From contig JAUNJF010000013.1 in NCBI GenBank assembly GCA_030533405.1, forward strand, positions 31,755 to 63,754: a stretch of 32,000 bases of DNA, read 5' to 3'. A program made the position numbers and the translations under genes. This document shows positions 1 to 9,124 of this stretch, piece after piece. Below the pieces are notes generated by a model. The model had not been told where the DNA came from and did no database searches. It saw nothing but the letters and a program-made list of their open reading frames with translations. Every line of letters begins with the position of its first letter. Within the stretch, counting starts at the first letter, position 1. Source of the stretch: Eubacteriales bacterium. Its GTDB lineage: Bacteria; Bacillota; Clostridia; Lachnospirales; Lachnospiraceae.

Positions 1-923
1 CAGCGTTTGGATTATTATTATTTATTGTATTTATTTTAATTATTGTAACATTTAGTAGTATTCGTATCGTACCACAGGCACATGCCTATGTTGTTGAAAG
101 TTTAGGTAAATATAAAGAAACTTGGTCAGTTGGTTTACATTTTAAAGTGCCTATTTTTGATAAAGTTGCGAGACGTGTAACTTTAAAAGAGCAGGTGGTT
201 GATTTTGCACCACAGCCAGTTATTACAAAGGATAATGTTACAATGCGTATCGATACGGTTGTATTTTATCAGATTACAGATCCTATGCTTTTTTGTTACG
301 GAGTAGAAAATCCAATTATTGCGATTGAGAATTTAACAACAACAACATTGCGTAATATTATTGGTGATTTGGAATTAGATCAGACACTTACTTCAAGAGA
401 GACAATTAATACAAAAATGAGAGCTACATTGGATGAGGCAACAGATCCTTGGGGAATTAAAGTTAATCGTGTGGAACTTAAAAACATTATTCCACCAGCA
501 GCAATTCAGGATGCGATGGAGAAACAGATGAAAGCGGAGCGTGAGAGACGTGAGCAGATTTTGATTGCAGAAGGTGAGAAGAAATCAGCAATTCTTCGTG
601 CAGAGGGTCACAAAGAATCTGTTATTTTGGAAGCAGAAGCTGAAAAGCAGTCAGCAATTCTTCGTGCAGAGGCTAAGAAGGAAGCTACAATTCGTGAGGC
701 AGAAGGTCAGGCTGAAGCGATTTTGGCAATTCAGCAGGCAAATGCAGATGGTATCAGATTGTTAAATGATGCAGCTCCAAGTGGTCAGGTTATTCAGTTA
801 AAGAGCTTAGAAGCATTTTCTAAGGCAGCAGATGGAAAGGCAACAAAAATTATTATTCCTTCTGAGATTCAGGGATTAGCAGGTCTTGCAAAGTCTGTTG
901 TTGAGGTTACAAAAGAAGATTAA
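1..923 (+). CDS. SPFH/band-7 (stomatin-like) membrane protein, 5'-partial
   Basis: The frame starting at nt 3 is open from the window edge and reads AFGLLLFIVFILIIVTFSSIRIVPQAHAYVVESLGKY, a TM anchor followed by the start of the SPFH core. This continues into the listed ORF 147..923. A C-terminal coiled-coil with SAILRAE repeats and the KQMKAERERR motif is typical of stomatin/QmcA-like proteins. Confidence 0.85.
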   Translation, partial: AFGLLLFIVFILIIVTFSSIRIVPQAHAYVVESLGKYKETWSVGLHFKVPIFDKVARRVTLKEQVVDFAPQPVITKDNVTMRIDTVVFYQITDPMLFCYGVENPIIAIENLTTTTLRNIIGDLELDQTLTSRETINTKMRATLDEATDPWGIKVNRVELKNIIPPAAIQDAMEKQMKAERERREQILIAEGEKKSAILRAEGHKESVILEAEAEKQSAILRAEAKKEATIREAEGQAEAILAIQQANADGIRLLNDAAPSGQVIQLKSLEAFSKAADGKATKIIIPSEIQGLAGLAKSVVEVTKED

Positions 924-970
924 ATTTTTGTTTTAGAGAATGGTAGTGAACAGGGAATGGAGAAGGTGCG

Positions 971-2281
971 ATGAAATGGAACATTGAGAGAAAATATATT
1001 AGAGTAGGGTTAATTGCTTTAGGAGTCATTGTTCTGGCGATTTTGTTTAATTATTCGTTACAGAATAATAAGGAAATGGCGAATGTAAAAGCAACGATAC
1101 AGGGAACATTGTCTCCGATTGTGATGGGTTGTATTTTGGCATATTTGCTTACTCCATTTCTGCATTTTTTTGAAGATTACTGTTTTTTGCCACTTGGAAG
1201 ATTATTGTTCAAATCAGAGCAGACGCTTGCAAAAAGAAAGAATTTTGCAAGAGGAATGTCGATTTTATGCACGATGCTATTGTTGCTGGTTGTGGTTGTT
1301 GGTGGTTTGTATTTAGTTATTCCGCAGGTATATCAATCTCTTAGCAAGATTGTAACAGATGCACCGACTTATTATGATGAAGTTCAAAAATGGGTGGAGT
1401 CGTTAAATCCAGAAAAGTCTGAGATTAGTAGATATCTTTTGTTAGGGGTTGACCAAGTATATACGCAGGCCCTTAATTATTTGAATAAAAGCATTCTTCC
1501 AAACATGGATAAAATTGTTGCGGGAATTACTTCAGGAATTATGGGTGGATTAAAAATTCTTTTGAATGTTGTATTATCACTCATTATTTCCATCTACGTT
1601 ATGGCTGGAAAAGAGAATTTAATTAGCGTAGCAAAAAAAATGATTTACAGTATTTTTAGTATTGAACATGCGAATACAATTCTAGATGGAATGCGATATG
1701 CTGGAAAAGTGTTTGGTGGATTTGTAAATGGTAAAATCATAGATTCCTTTATTATTGGAGGAATTTGCTATGTGTTTATGGTAATTGTAGGATTTGAGTA
1801 TGCAGTGCTGATTAGTATTGTGATTGGTGTGACCAATATCATTCCGTATTTCGGCCCGTTTATTGGAGGAATTCCAAGTGTATTGATTTTGTTGATGGTA
1901 AATCCGAAACAGGGAATTATATTTGCAATTTTTGTTTTGATATTACAACAGGTTGATGGTAATATTATCGGTCCGATTGTGTTGGGAGATCGTTTGAAAT
2001 TATCTAGTATGTGGATTTTGTTATCCATCTTAATTGGTGGCGGTTTCTTTGGTGTAATTGGAATGATTCTTGGGGCACCATGTTTTGCATGTTTATACAC
2101 ATTTATTAGTACTATTAGCAAAAGAAAGTTGGATAAAAAAAATCTTCCAACAGAAACGGATGTTTATTATGATATAGAACGGATTGTCAAGGAAGATGGT
2201 GCTTGTGTTGTGATTCAAAACAAAACAAGAAGGATAGAAGAAAAAAAGGTACCTGAAGAGGCACCTAAACAAAACGATTAA
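971..2281 (+). CDS. AI-2E family transporter (PerM/YtvI-like, UPF0118)
   Basis: The 436-aa product is polytopic, with the family-typical segment NIIPYFGPFIGGIPSVLILL and QQVDGNIIGPIVLG. The SD GGAGAAGG lies 4 nt upstream of the ATG. Confidence 0.8.
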   Translation: MKWNIERKYIRVGLIALGVIVLAILFNYSLQNNKEMANVKATIQGTLSPIVMGCILAYLLTPFLHFFEDYCFLPLGRLLFKSEQTLAKRKNFARGMSILCTMLLLLVVVVGGLYLVIPQVYQSLSKIVTDAPTYYDEVQKWVESLNPEKSEISRYLLLGVDQVYTQALNYLNKSILPNMDKIVAGITSGIMGGLKILLNVVLSLIISIYVMAGKENLISVAKKMIYSIFSIEHANTILDGMRYAGKVFGGFVNGKIIDSFIIGGICYVFMVIVGFEYAVLISIVIGVTNIIPYFGPFIGGIPSVLILLMVNPKQGIIFAIFVLILQQVDGNIIGPIVLGDRLKLSSMWILLSILIGGGFFGVIGMILGAPCFACLYTFISTISKRKLDKKNLPTETDVYYDIERIVKEDGACVVIQNKTRRIEEKKVPEEAPKQND

Positions 2282-2441
2282 GTTCTTGATTATAATGATA
2301 GTCGATAGAGGAGAGTTTTTCACGTAGAAAACTTTCCTCTATTTCTAGTTCAGAGCATAATGTTGCAAGATCATGGTAGTCATCGCGTAATTTTGTGTTG
2401 ATGTAGCTTAATAACATCATTGGGTCATTTGGAATATTCAT
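2265..2441 (-). CDS. DUF4250-like small protein (58 aa), not in the supplied ORF track
   Basis: Hand translation of the minus strand gives MNIPNDPMMLLSYINTKLRDDYHDLATLCSELEIEESFLREKLSSIDYHYNQELNRFV*. The SD AAAGGA lies 7 nt upstream of the ATG at 2441. The pattern (DPxMLLSYxNTKLRD...IDYxY...N.FV) matches my memory of the DUF4250 family. Its 3' end overlaps the convergent transporter gene by 17 nt. Confidence 0.65.
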   Translation of the reverse strand: MNIPNDPMMLLSYINTKLRDDYHDLATLCSELEIEESFLREKLSSIDYHYNQELNRFV

Positions 2442-2545
2442 AATCTGTTCCTTTCTATTTTTTGGTAACTGTTTTGTATTTTAACCATATTATGAATAAT
2501 GTCAATATGATTTGGAATGAATGATTGATAAAAACTATTTCTGTA

Positions 2546-2559
2546 TGAATAAATATACA
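2546..2559. promoter_or_regulatory. candidate ARG box (ArgR/AhrC operator) upstream of the argJ promoter
   Basis: TGAATAAATATACA matches 12 of 14 positions of the TGAATAAAAATTCA-type ARG box consensus. Weaker TGAAT-containing half-matches lie at 2492-2505 and 2562-2579. Confidence 0.4.
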
Positions 2560-2599
2560 CAATGAATGAATAAATAAAGAAGAATATACAAATTATCTA

Positions 2600-2628
2600 T
2601 TGACAATTTGTATATGGGTAATTATACT
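2600..2628 (+). promoter_or_regulatory. sigma-A type promoter for argJ
   Basis: TTGACA (2600-2605), a 17-nt spacer, then TATACT (2623-2628), about 135 nt upstream of the argJ ATG. Confidence 0.6.
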
Positions 2629-2679
2629 GAAACAATGTATATGATGTGCGTTGACGAAAAGTAAATGTAATGTAATACA

Positions 2680-2693
2680 TTTATAAAAATTCA
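2680..2693. promoter_or_regulatory. candidate ARG box in the argJ leader
   Basis: TTTATAAAAATTCA matches 12 of 14 positions of the ARG box consensus. It lies between the predicted -10 and the argJ SD. Confidence 0.4.
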
Positions 2694-2763
2694 TTATTTT
2701 GATTGGAATCGCATGGAAAATGAATGTGGTAATTGCATATATGAAAATAGGAGGATAGGAAAT

Positions 2764-4008
2764 ATGGAAATGGAAAAATTTCAAGGATACACATATGTAG
2801 ATGGTGGCGTTTGTGCTGCGAAAGGATATCAAGCAAATGGTTTGAATTGTGGATTAAATTCTGATCCAGAAAAAAATGATTTGGCACTTTTGGTAAGTGA
2901 TACAGAATGTAATGCCGCAGCAGTTTATACTACGAATAAAGTAAAGGGTGCACCGATTATAGTTACGAAAAATCATTTAGCTGCAACGGGTGGTAAGGCA
3001 AAGGCTGTGATTGCAAATTCGAAGAATGCCAATACATGTAATGCTGATGGCGAGGAAAAAGCACAAAAGATGACTGAACTTGCGGCAAAGGTTCTTGGGA
3101 TAGATGCAAACGATGTAATTGTGGCTTCCACAGGTGTAATTGGTCAGATTCTTCCGATTGAACCGATCGAAACGCATATTGATGCGCTAGCAAAAGGGCT
3201 TTCCTATGATGGAAATGCAAAAGCAGTCAATGCAATTATGACAACAGACACTGTGCCTAAAGAGGTTGCTGTAACATTTATGCTTGGTGGAAAAGAATGT
3301 ACACTTGGTGGTATGGCAAAAGGAAGTGGTATGATTCATCCGAATATGGCTACGACATTGAATTTTATTACTTCTGATGTGGCGATTTCGACAGAATTGA
3401 TGCAAAAGGCATTATCTGATGTTACGAAAATTACATATAATTGTTTAAGCATTGATGGTGATACGTCTACAAATGATATGGTTTGTGTTATGGCAAATGG
3501 ACTTGCTGGAAATGAAGAGGTGACAGCGGAAAATACAGATTATGAGACATTTAAACAGGCATTATATATTGTAATGATGAATTTGACAAAGATGTTGGCA
3601 AAAGACGGAGAGGGTGCAACAAAGTTAATTGAATGTACTGTTGAAAAGGCAAAGGATTTAGATACAGCTATTATTGTTGCCAAAAGTGTAATTCGTTCTC
3701 CATTGTTTAAATGTGCAATTTTTGGTGAGGATGCGAACTGGGGACGTGTATTGTGTGCAATCGGATATGCGGAAGCAGAGTTTGATATCAACAAAGTAGA
3801 TGTGGATCTTGCATCTGTAAAAGGAGTATTGCCTGTTTGTAGAAATGGTGCAGGTGTTGCATTTTCAGAGGAATTTGCATCTGAGGTTTTATCAGCAGAT
3901 GAGATTATGGTAAATGTGTCATTGAATGCGGGAGATGTTACAGCAAAAGCATGGGGCTGCGATTTGACATATGATTATGTAAAGATTAATGGAGATTATC
4001 GTTCATAA
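2764..4008 (+). CDS. argJ: bifunctional glutamate N-acetyltransferase / amino-acid acetyltransferase ArgJ
   Basis: Conserved ArgJ blocks include GGVCAAKGYQANGLNCGL, MTTDT, KGSGMIHPNMATTL (the autoprocessing site), DGDTSTND, ANWGR and INGDYRS at the C-terminus. I chose the start at 2764 (MEMEKFQGY) because AGGAGGATAGGAAAT precedes it. The track ORF starts at 2713. Confidence 0.93.
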   Translation: MEMEKFQGYTYVDGGVCAAKGYQANGLNCGLNSDPEKNDLALLVSDTECNAAAVYTTNKVKGAPIIVTKNHLAATGGKAKAVIANSKNANTCNADGEEKAQKMTELAAKVLGIDANDVIVASTGVIGQILPIEPIETHIDALAKGLSYDGNAKAVNAIMTTDTVPKEVAVTFMLGGKECTLGGMAKGSGMIHPNMATTLNFITSDVAISTELMQKALSDVTKITYNCLSIDGDTSTNDMVCVMANGLAGNEEVTAENTDYETFKQALYIVMMNLTKMLAKDGEGATKLIECTVEKAKDLDTAIIVAKSVIRSPLFKCAIFGEDANWGRVLCAIGYAEAEFDINKVDVDLASVKGVLPVCRNGAGVAFSEEFASEVLSADEIMVNVSLNAGDVTAKAWGCDLTYDYVKINGDYRS

Positions 4009-4020
4009 AAAGAATAAATA

Positions 4021-4077
4021 AAAAAGACTTCTCACAAACTAAGGAAAAAATAGTTCGTTTGTGAGGAGTCTTTTTTT
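4021..4077 (+). terminator. rho-independent terminator after argJ (A-tract, 14-bp stem, T7)
   Basis: GACTTCTCACAAAC (4026-4039) pairs with GTTTGTGAGGAGTC (4057-4070), with one G-U pair, around a 17-nt loop. A run of seven T follows (4071-4077). The 3' arm contains GAGGAG, the SD of the next gene. Confidence 0.75.
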
Positions 4078-5928
4078 ATGGATAAGAAAAAAACGGAATT
4101 GACAAAAACAGCAATTGTTGTTGGCGTTGTATTAGCGGTTTTATTTGGTGGTGCAAATGCATACTTAGGATTAAGAGTTGGCATGACGGTGTCTGCATCA
4201 ATTCCTGCTGCGGTAATTTCTATGGGTGTGATTCGCATTTTGTTAAAAAGGGAATCTGTATTGGAAAATAATATGGTGCAAACCATTGGATCAGCAGGGG
4301 AATCCTTGGCTGCAGGAGCAATTTTTACCATTCCGGCTCTTTTTATGTGGAGTGAAGAATTTGGGTTGGAAAAACCATCGTTTATAGAAATATTTTTTAT
4401 AACACTATGTGGTGGTTTGCTTGGTGTGTTTTTTATGGTTCCACTTCGAAAAATATTAATTGTAAAAGAAGAAGATCGGTTACCATATCCTGAAGGGACC
4501 GCATGTGCAAAGGTTCTGATGGCTGCTGAAAATGTGGGGGAGTCAATTACTGTATTTGCTGGTCTCTTGATTGGAGCATTATATAAATGGATTGCAGATG
4601 GTTTAAAATTGTTTCCGTCTGAGGTGGATTATTCTGTAAAAAAATATAAGGGTGCTGGAATTGGTGCGGATGTGCTTCCAGCATTGCTTGGAGTTGGATA
4701 TATTTGTGGCCCCAAAGTCTCATCTTATTTGTTTGCTGGAGGTACATTTGCGTGGTTTGTGTTGATGCCACTTCTTGTATTGGCTGGAGAACAGACGATT
4801 TTGTATCCTGCAACAGATGCAATTGGAGCATTGGATACATGGGGAATTTGGAGCAATTATATTCGATATATTGGTGCTGGAGCGGTTGCAACAGGTGGAA
4901 TTATCTCATTGGTTAAATCCTTACCGATGATTGGAAAAGCATTTTCAGATACGGTAAAGGGATATCGGAAAAAGGATAACTTTCTAATAGAGGAAAAGAA
5001 TGATCAATGGGATATGTCTTTTGGAATTGTAATCATTGGTATCATTGCGATTTCTGTTTTATTATGGGTACTACCTATGGTCCCAGTTAATTTTTTTGGT
5101 GCAATCATCATTGTTATATTTGGTTTTTTCTTTGCAACTGTGTCGTCCCGTATGGTTGGGTTGGTTGGTAGTAGTAACAATCCTGTGTCAGGAATGGCAA
5201 TAGCAACCTTGCTTTCCTCTACATTTTTATTAAAAGCAGCAGGGAATACAGGAATACGAGGAATGATTGCATCAATATGTATTGGTACAGTCATTTGTAT
5301 TGTTGCAGCTATGTCAGGAGATACGTCGCAGGATTTAAAAACGGGATATTTAGTTGGTGCGACACCAATTAAACAACAAGTTGGAGAAATAATAGGTGTT
5401 GTTGCTGCCGCATTTACGATTGGCGGTGTATTATATTTATTTCACGCGGCTTGGGGGTATGGTTCTACAGAACTTCCGGCACCGCAGGCTACTTTAATGA
5501 AAATGGTTGTTGAGGGGGTAATGGAAGGAAATCTTCCATGGAATCTTGTGTATATCGGTGTTGCGGTTGCTATAGTAATAGAGATATTGCAGATTCCAGT
5601 GTTACCTTTTGCAGTAGGGTTGTATTTGCCAATCCATTTGTCAGTACCGATTATGCTTGGTGGATTATTGCGACTCGTTTATAATATGCGTGAAAAGAAA
5701 GCAAGAGAACGTGGAATTCTTTATGCGTCAGGTTTAATTGCAGGAGAGGGATTGGCTGGAATATTATTAGCTGTTTGTGCAATGATTCCGCTAGAAAATA
5801 AAAATGTATTAGAATGGTTGGATTGTTCAAAACATATTTATTTGGGAAATGCAGGAGCGATTGTTTTTTTTGGTATTTTAATCGGAACTATGATATACTT
5901 TATGGAGCGTAAAATTAGAAAGGATTAG
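4078..5928 (+). CDS. OPT-family oligopeptide transporter
   Basis: The 616-aa polytopic protein has an N-terminal block, GGANAYLGLRVGMTVSASIPAAVISMGV, typical of bacterial OPT transporters. It also carries SQDLKTGYLVGATP. Confidence 0.85.
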   Translation: MDKKKTELTKTAIVVGVVLAVLFGGANAYLGLRVGMTVSASIPAAVISMGVIRILLKRESVLENNMVQTIGSAGESLAAGAIFTIPALFMWSEEFGLEKPSFIEIFFITLCGGLLGVFFMVPLRKILIVKEEDRLPYPEGTACAKVLMAAENVGESITVFAGLLIGALYKWIADGLKLFPSEVDYSVKKYKGAGIGADVLPALLGVGYICGPKVSSYLFAGGTFAWFVLMPLLVLAGEQTILYPATDAIGALDTWGIWSNYIRYIGAGAVATGGIISLVKSLPMIGKAFSDTVKGYRKKDNFLIEEKNDQWDMSFGIVIIGIIAISVLLWVLPMVPVNFFGAIIIVIFGFFFATVSSRMVGLVGSSNNPVSGMAIATLLSSTFLLKAAGNTGIRGMIASICIGTVICIVAAMSGDTSQDLKTGYLVGATPIKQQVGEIIGVVAAAFTIGGVLYLFHAAWGYGSTELPAPQATLMKMVVEGVMEGNLPWNLVYIGVAVAIVIEILQIPVLPFAVGLYLPIHLSVPIMLGGLLRLVYNMREKKARERGILYASGLIAGEGLAGILLAVCAMIPLENKNVLEWLDCSKHIYLGNAGAIVFFGILIGTMIYFMERKIRKD

Positions 5929-5938
5929 GGATGAGCAT

Positions 5939-7396
5939 ATGGCAGTATTGAGTGAGTTGGAACCAAAGAGGGTATTTCATTATTTTGAGGAGATTAGTAA
6001 TATTCCAAGAGGTTCTTATCATGAGAATGCAATTAGTGATTATTTGGTTTCATTTGCAAAAGAAAGACAATTAGAAGTATATCAGGATTCCCTATACAAT
6101 GTGATCATGTTTGTACCTGCAAGTAAAGGATATGAACAGGAAGAACCAGTTATTTTACAAGGGCACATGGATATGGTATGTGAGAAAACCAAAGATGCAT
6201 CAATCGATATGGAAAAAGAAGGACTTACACTTTGTGTTGATGATCAATATGTTTTTGCAAAAGATACGACATTAGGTGGGGATGATGGGATTGCAGTTGC
6301 TTATATGTTGGCAATTGCGGAAAATGAAGAAATTGCGCATCCACCATTGGAGCTTGTAATTACAGTGTGCGAAGAAGTAGGAATGGAAGGAGCAAGTGGG
6401 ATTGATCTTTCTATGCTGAAGGGAAAAAGAATGTTAAATCTCGATTCAGAAGAAGAGGGCGTTTTTTTGAGTAGCTGTGCAGGTGGTATTTCGCTTCACT
6501 CGAAATTACCTGTTTCTTATGAAGAAGTATCAGACCTTTGTTGGTATACAATATCCATTTCAGGCTTACTTGGTGGGCATTCTGGTTGCGAAATTCACAA
6601 AGAACGTGCAAATGCCAATCAATTATTGGGACGGCTGTTGTTTGAGATAAATAAAAATATGAAAGTTTATATTTGTGCCATGGATGGCGGAAAAAAGGAT
6701 AATGCAATTCCGTTAGAAGCAAATGTTAAACTAGGAATAGATCCTTCGGATTATAAATTATTGGAGCATACAATAGAACAAGTACAACAGATTTTTAAGA
6801 CAGAATATAGTCAATCAGATCCAGGGATTGTTATTACATCAGAAGAGTGCGAAAATGCGAATGCGTTTGTATTAAAGCAACGGGATATGGAACATGTTAT
6901 TCACTTATTGATGACATTACCAAACGGTGTGTGTGGTATGAGTATGTCGATGCCAGGTTTGGTTGAAACGTCACTTAATTTAGGTGTTATGAAATTATGT
7001 GATGAATATTTATTTTTGCAACATTCGATTCGAAGTAGTGTGACTTCTAAGAAATATTTTGTTGCAAATCAAGTAGAATGTCTTGTTAGAAGTTTTGGTG
7101 GAACTGTAGAACGAAAAGGCGATTATCCTGCTTGGGAATACAAGGAAGAATCAGTGGTTCGTCCAAGAGTTATTGCGTTATATGAAAAAATGTACGGAAA
7201 GAAGCCTACAGTAGAAGGTATACATGCTGGGTTGGAGTGTGGATTATTAGCTGGAAAGATTGCAGATTTGGATTGTGTGGCAATGGGACCAGATATTTTG
7301 GATATTCATACAACGGCAGAAAGATTAGATATTGCGTCTACGAAACGTGTGTATGAATTTTTATTAGAGTACCTTAAAATGAAAGATTTGAATTGA
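5939..7396 (+). CDS. pepD: aminoacyl-histidine (Xaa-His) dipeptidase PepD, M20 family
   Basis: The 485-aa product has FEEISNIPRGSYHE, LQGHMDMV, LGGDDGIAVA, EEVGMEGA, GGHSG and HAGLECG motifs, characteristic of PepD / cytosol non-specific dipeptidase. Confidence 0.88.
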   Translation: MAVLSELEPKRVFHYFEEISNIPRGSYHENAISDYLVSFAKERQLEVYQDSLYNVIMFVPASKGYEQEEPVILQGHMDMVCEKTKDASIDMEKEGLTLCVDDQYVFAKDTTLGGDDGIAVAYMLAIAENEEIAHPPLELVITVCEEVGMEGASGIDLSMLKGKRMLNLDSEEEGVFLSSCAGGISLHSKLPVSYEEVSDLCWYTISISGLLGGHSGCEIHKERANANQLLGRLLFEINKNMKVYICAMDGGKKDNAIPLEANVKLGIDPSDYKLLEHTIEQVQQIFKTEYSQSDPGIVITSEECENANAFVLKQRDMEHVIHLLMTLPNGVCGMSMSMPGLVETSLNLGVMKLCDEYLFLQHSIRSSVTSKKYFVANQVECLVRSFGGTVERKGDYPAWEYKEESVVRPRVIALYEKMYGKKPTVEGIHAGLECGLLAGKIADLDCVAMGPDILDIHTTAERLDIASTKRVYEFLLEYLKMKDLN

Positions 7397-7427
7397 TAAG
7401 TGATGAGAAACGGATTGGAGGAATAAA

Positions 7428-7973
7428 ATGCGAGTAGGAATGGGATATGATGTTCACAAGTTAGTAGAGGGGAGAAAGCTGATTTTGGGCGGTGTAAATG
7501 TTCCGTATGAAAAGGGATTACTAGGACATTCTGATGCTGATGTTTTGGTACACGCGATTATGGATGCATTATTAGGTGCGGCCGCATTAGGTGATATCGG
7601 TAAACATTTTCCTGATACAGATGAGAAGTATAAAGGTGCAAATAGTATTGAATTGCTTCGTCATGTGAAAAAGCTGTTGGATGAGAATCAATATGTGATT
7701 TCTAATGTGGACGCAACGGTGATTGCGCAGCGTCCAAAACTTGCAACTTTTATACCAGATATGGTGACGACTATTTCAGAGGCGTTAGGTTTATCTGACA
7801 ATCAGGTAAATATCAAAGCAACAACAGAGGAAGGTCTTGGGTTTACAGGGTCTGGAGAAGGTATTAGCTCGCAGGCAATCTGTTTGTTAGAGGAGATTGC
7901 GAATTTTCAATATGATGATCGAATGGAAATGAGACAGTGTGCGGGATGTAGTGGATGTTGCAAGAATAGTTAA
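7428..7973 (+). CDS. ispF: 2-C-methyl-D-erythritol 2,4-cyclodiphosphate synthase with a C-terminal Cys-rich extension
   Basis: [33 protein letters not shown] and [15 protein letters not shown] are canonical IspF blocks. The SD GGAGG lies 6 nt upstream. About 25 extra residues at the C-terminus end in [11 protein letters not shown]. Confidence 0.93.
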   Translation: MRVGMGYDVHKLVEGRKLILGGVNVPYEKGLLGHSDADVLVHAIMDALLGAAALGDIGKHFPDTDEKYKGANSIELLRHVKKLLDENQYVISNVDATVIAQRPKLATFIPDMVTTISEALGLSDNQVNIKATTEEGLGFTGSGEGISSQAICLLEEIANFQYDDRMEMRQCAGCSGCCKNS

Positions 7974-8002
7974 TTTGAAATATTAAGATAGGGAATGACT
8001 GT

Positions 8003-9124
8003 ATGAAAGAATGGGAATATTTGCATGTGACAAAACAAGATGAAAAAAGGAAATATGAAACAGAAGTTCGTGATATGTGGAGAACATGCTTCGGTGACCC
8101 GTTCGATTATGAGGCGTTTTATTTTCAGAATGTATATCCAGCGAATGAAGTTTTATGTATTATGAAAGATGAAATGCTTGGGATGTTACATTTAAATCCG
8201 TATGAATGCAGAATACAGGAATCCAGACAATTGTTGCATTACATTGTAGGTGTTGCGACAAAGGAACAATTTCGCAGACAGGGTATTATGCGAAGATTAT
8301 TGGAACATGCATTGCGTCAAATGTATCAAAATAAAGAAGCAATTACATATCTGATGCCTGCAGATGTTGCTTATTATGAACCATTTTCATTTGTTGAAAT
8401 CAGTAAAGAACAGCGCGCTTGTTTAACTTCAAAGCGTGAAAAAGGTAAGAAATTGTTTTCACAATGGGAAGAGGGTGTTTTTTACGTTTCATATGCAAGT
8501 TTGAATCAAAATGCTACAAACGATGTGTGGAATCATATTGTTGAGAAAATAGATGTATATTTGGATGCAGTATTTGATACATACACTGTTCGTTCTCGTT
8601 CTTATTTTGAATTGCTTTATCAGGAAAAGAAATGCCAAAATGGTGATGTGATATTTGTGTTTCGAAAAGATGATCAAGAATGCATTGGATATTTTGCGTA
8701 TGCAAAACAAGATGAAAAGATTGTAGTGGAACAGATGGTATATGAAGGTATGAGTTTGAACGGACAAGAAGGTCAGGAGAAGTGGTTATTTTGTGTAGAA
8801 CAATATTTGTCGTCGGATACCAAGGTTGAAATTGTACATGCCATGCAATATATGGTTAGAATTGTAGATGTATTGGCTTGCCTAAAGCTATTTAAAAATT
8901 ATTTTGAACGTTTTGCATCAAATAAAAAAGTAATTCGAATCACAGATTCGTTGTTAACAGAAAATGAAGGTCTGTATGCGTTTTACGAGGAAAACGGAGA
9001 GGTTTGTGTTACAAAAGTGACAGATGCGTCGTTAGATGATGTGCTGGAACTGACAGTAGCAGATTTGGCAAAAATGATTTTTTGTAGTGAGGAACAAATA
9101 GTTTGTTTTGCAGAGGTTGTATAA
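8003..9124 (+). CDS. Eis-like GNAT N-acetyltransferase with an SCP2-like C-terminal domain
   Basis: The GNAT acetyl-CoA motif VGVATKEQFRRQGIMRRLLEHAL is present. The size (373 aa) and the MVRIVDVLACL block fit the Eis/Acetyltransf_9 + SCP2_2 architecture. Confidence 0.7.
   Translation: MKEWEYLHVTKQDEKRKYETEVRDMWRTCFGDPFDYEAFYFQNVYPANEVLCIMKDEMLGMLHLNPYECRIQESRQLLHYIVGVATKEQFRRQGIMRRLLEHALRQMYQNKEAITYLMPADVAYYEPFSFVEISKEQRACLTSKREKGKKLFSQWEEGVFYVSYASLNQNATNDVWNHIVEKIDVYLDAVFDTYTVRSRSYFELLYQEKKCQNGDVIFVFRKDDQECIGYFAYAKQDEKIVVEQMVYEGMSLNGQEGQEKWLFCVEQYLSSDTKVEIVHAMQYMVRIVDVLACLKLFKNYFERFASNKKVIRITDSLLTENEGLYAFYEENGEVCVTKVTDASLDDVLELTVADLAKMIFCSEEQIVCFAEVV

Noticed and set aside
565-765. 66-aa alternative-frame ORF, and a 22-nt direct repeat (585-606 = 651-672) inside the SPFH gene
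   Set aside because: The repeat encodes the duplicated SAILRAEG/A heptad-like unit of the SPFH coiled-coil tail (66-nt period). The alternative frame is a by-product of that repeat and has no SD.
1768-2323. Antisense ORFs of 60-117 aa inside the transporter gene, and the many similar antisense or alternative-frame ORFs in the track within argJ, OPT, pepD, cysS, metG, groEL, carB, fabV and the MCP
   Set aside because: All are fully embedded in strongly supported genes on the other strand or frame. They lack SDs and have skewed, low-information composition typical of AT-rich antisense frames.
2713-2763. N-terminal extension of argJ (MENECGNCIYENRRIGN) with a CxxC-like pair
   Set aside because: The strong SD AGGAGG lies inside this extension, directly upstream of the ATG at 2764. 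ArgJ homologues start near MEKF/GG(V/I). Similar track-ORF extensions were trimmed for queH (GTG 21388), the DUF2225-like gene (15855) and the radical SAM gene (30189).
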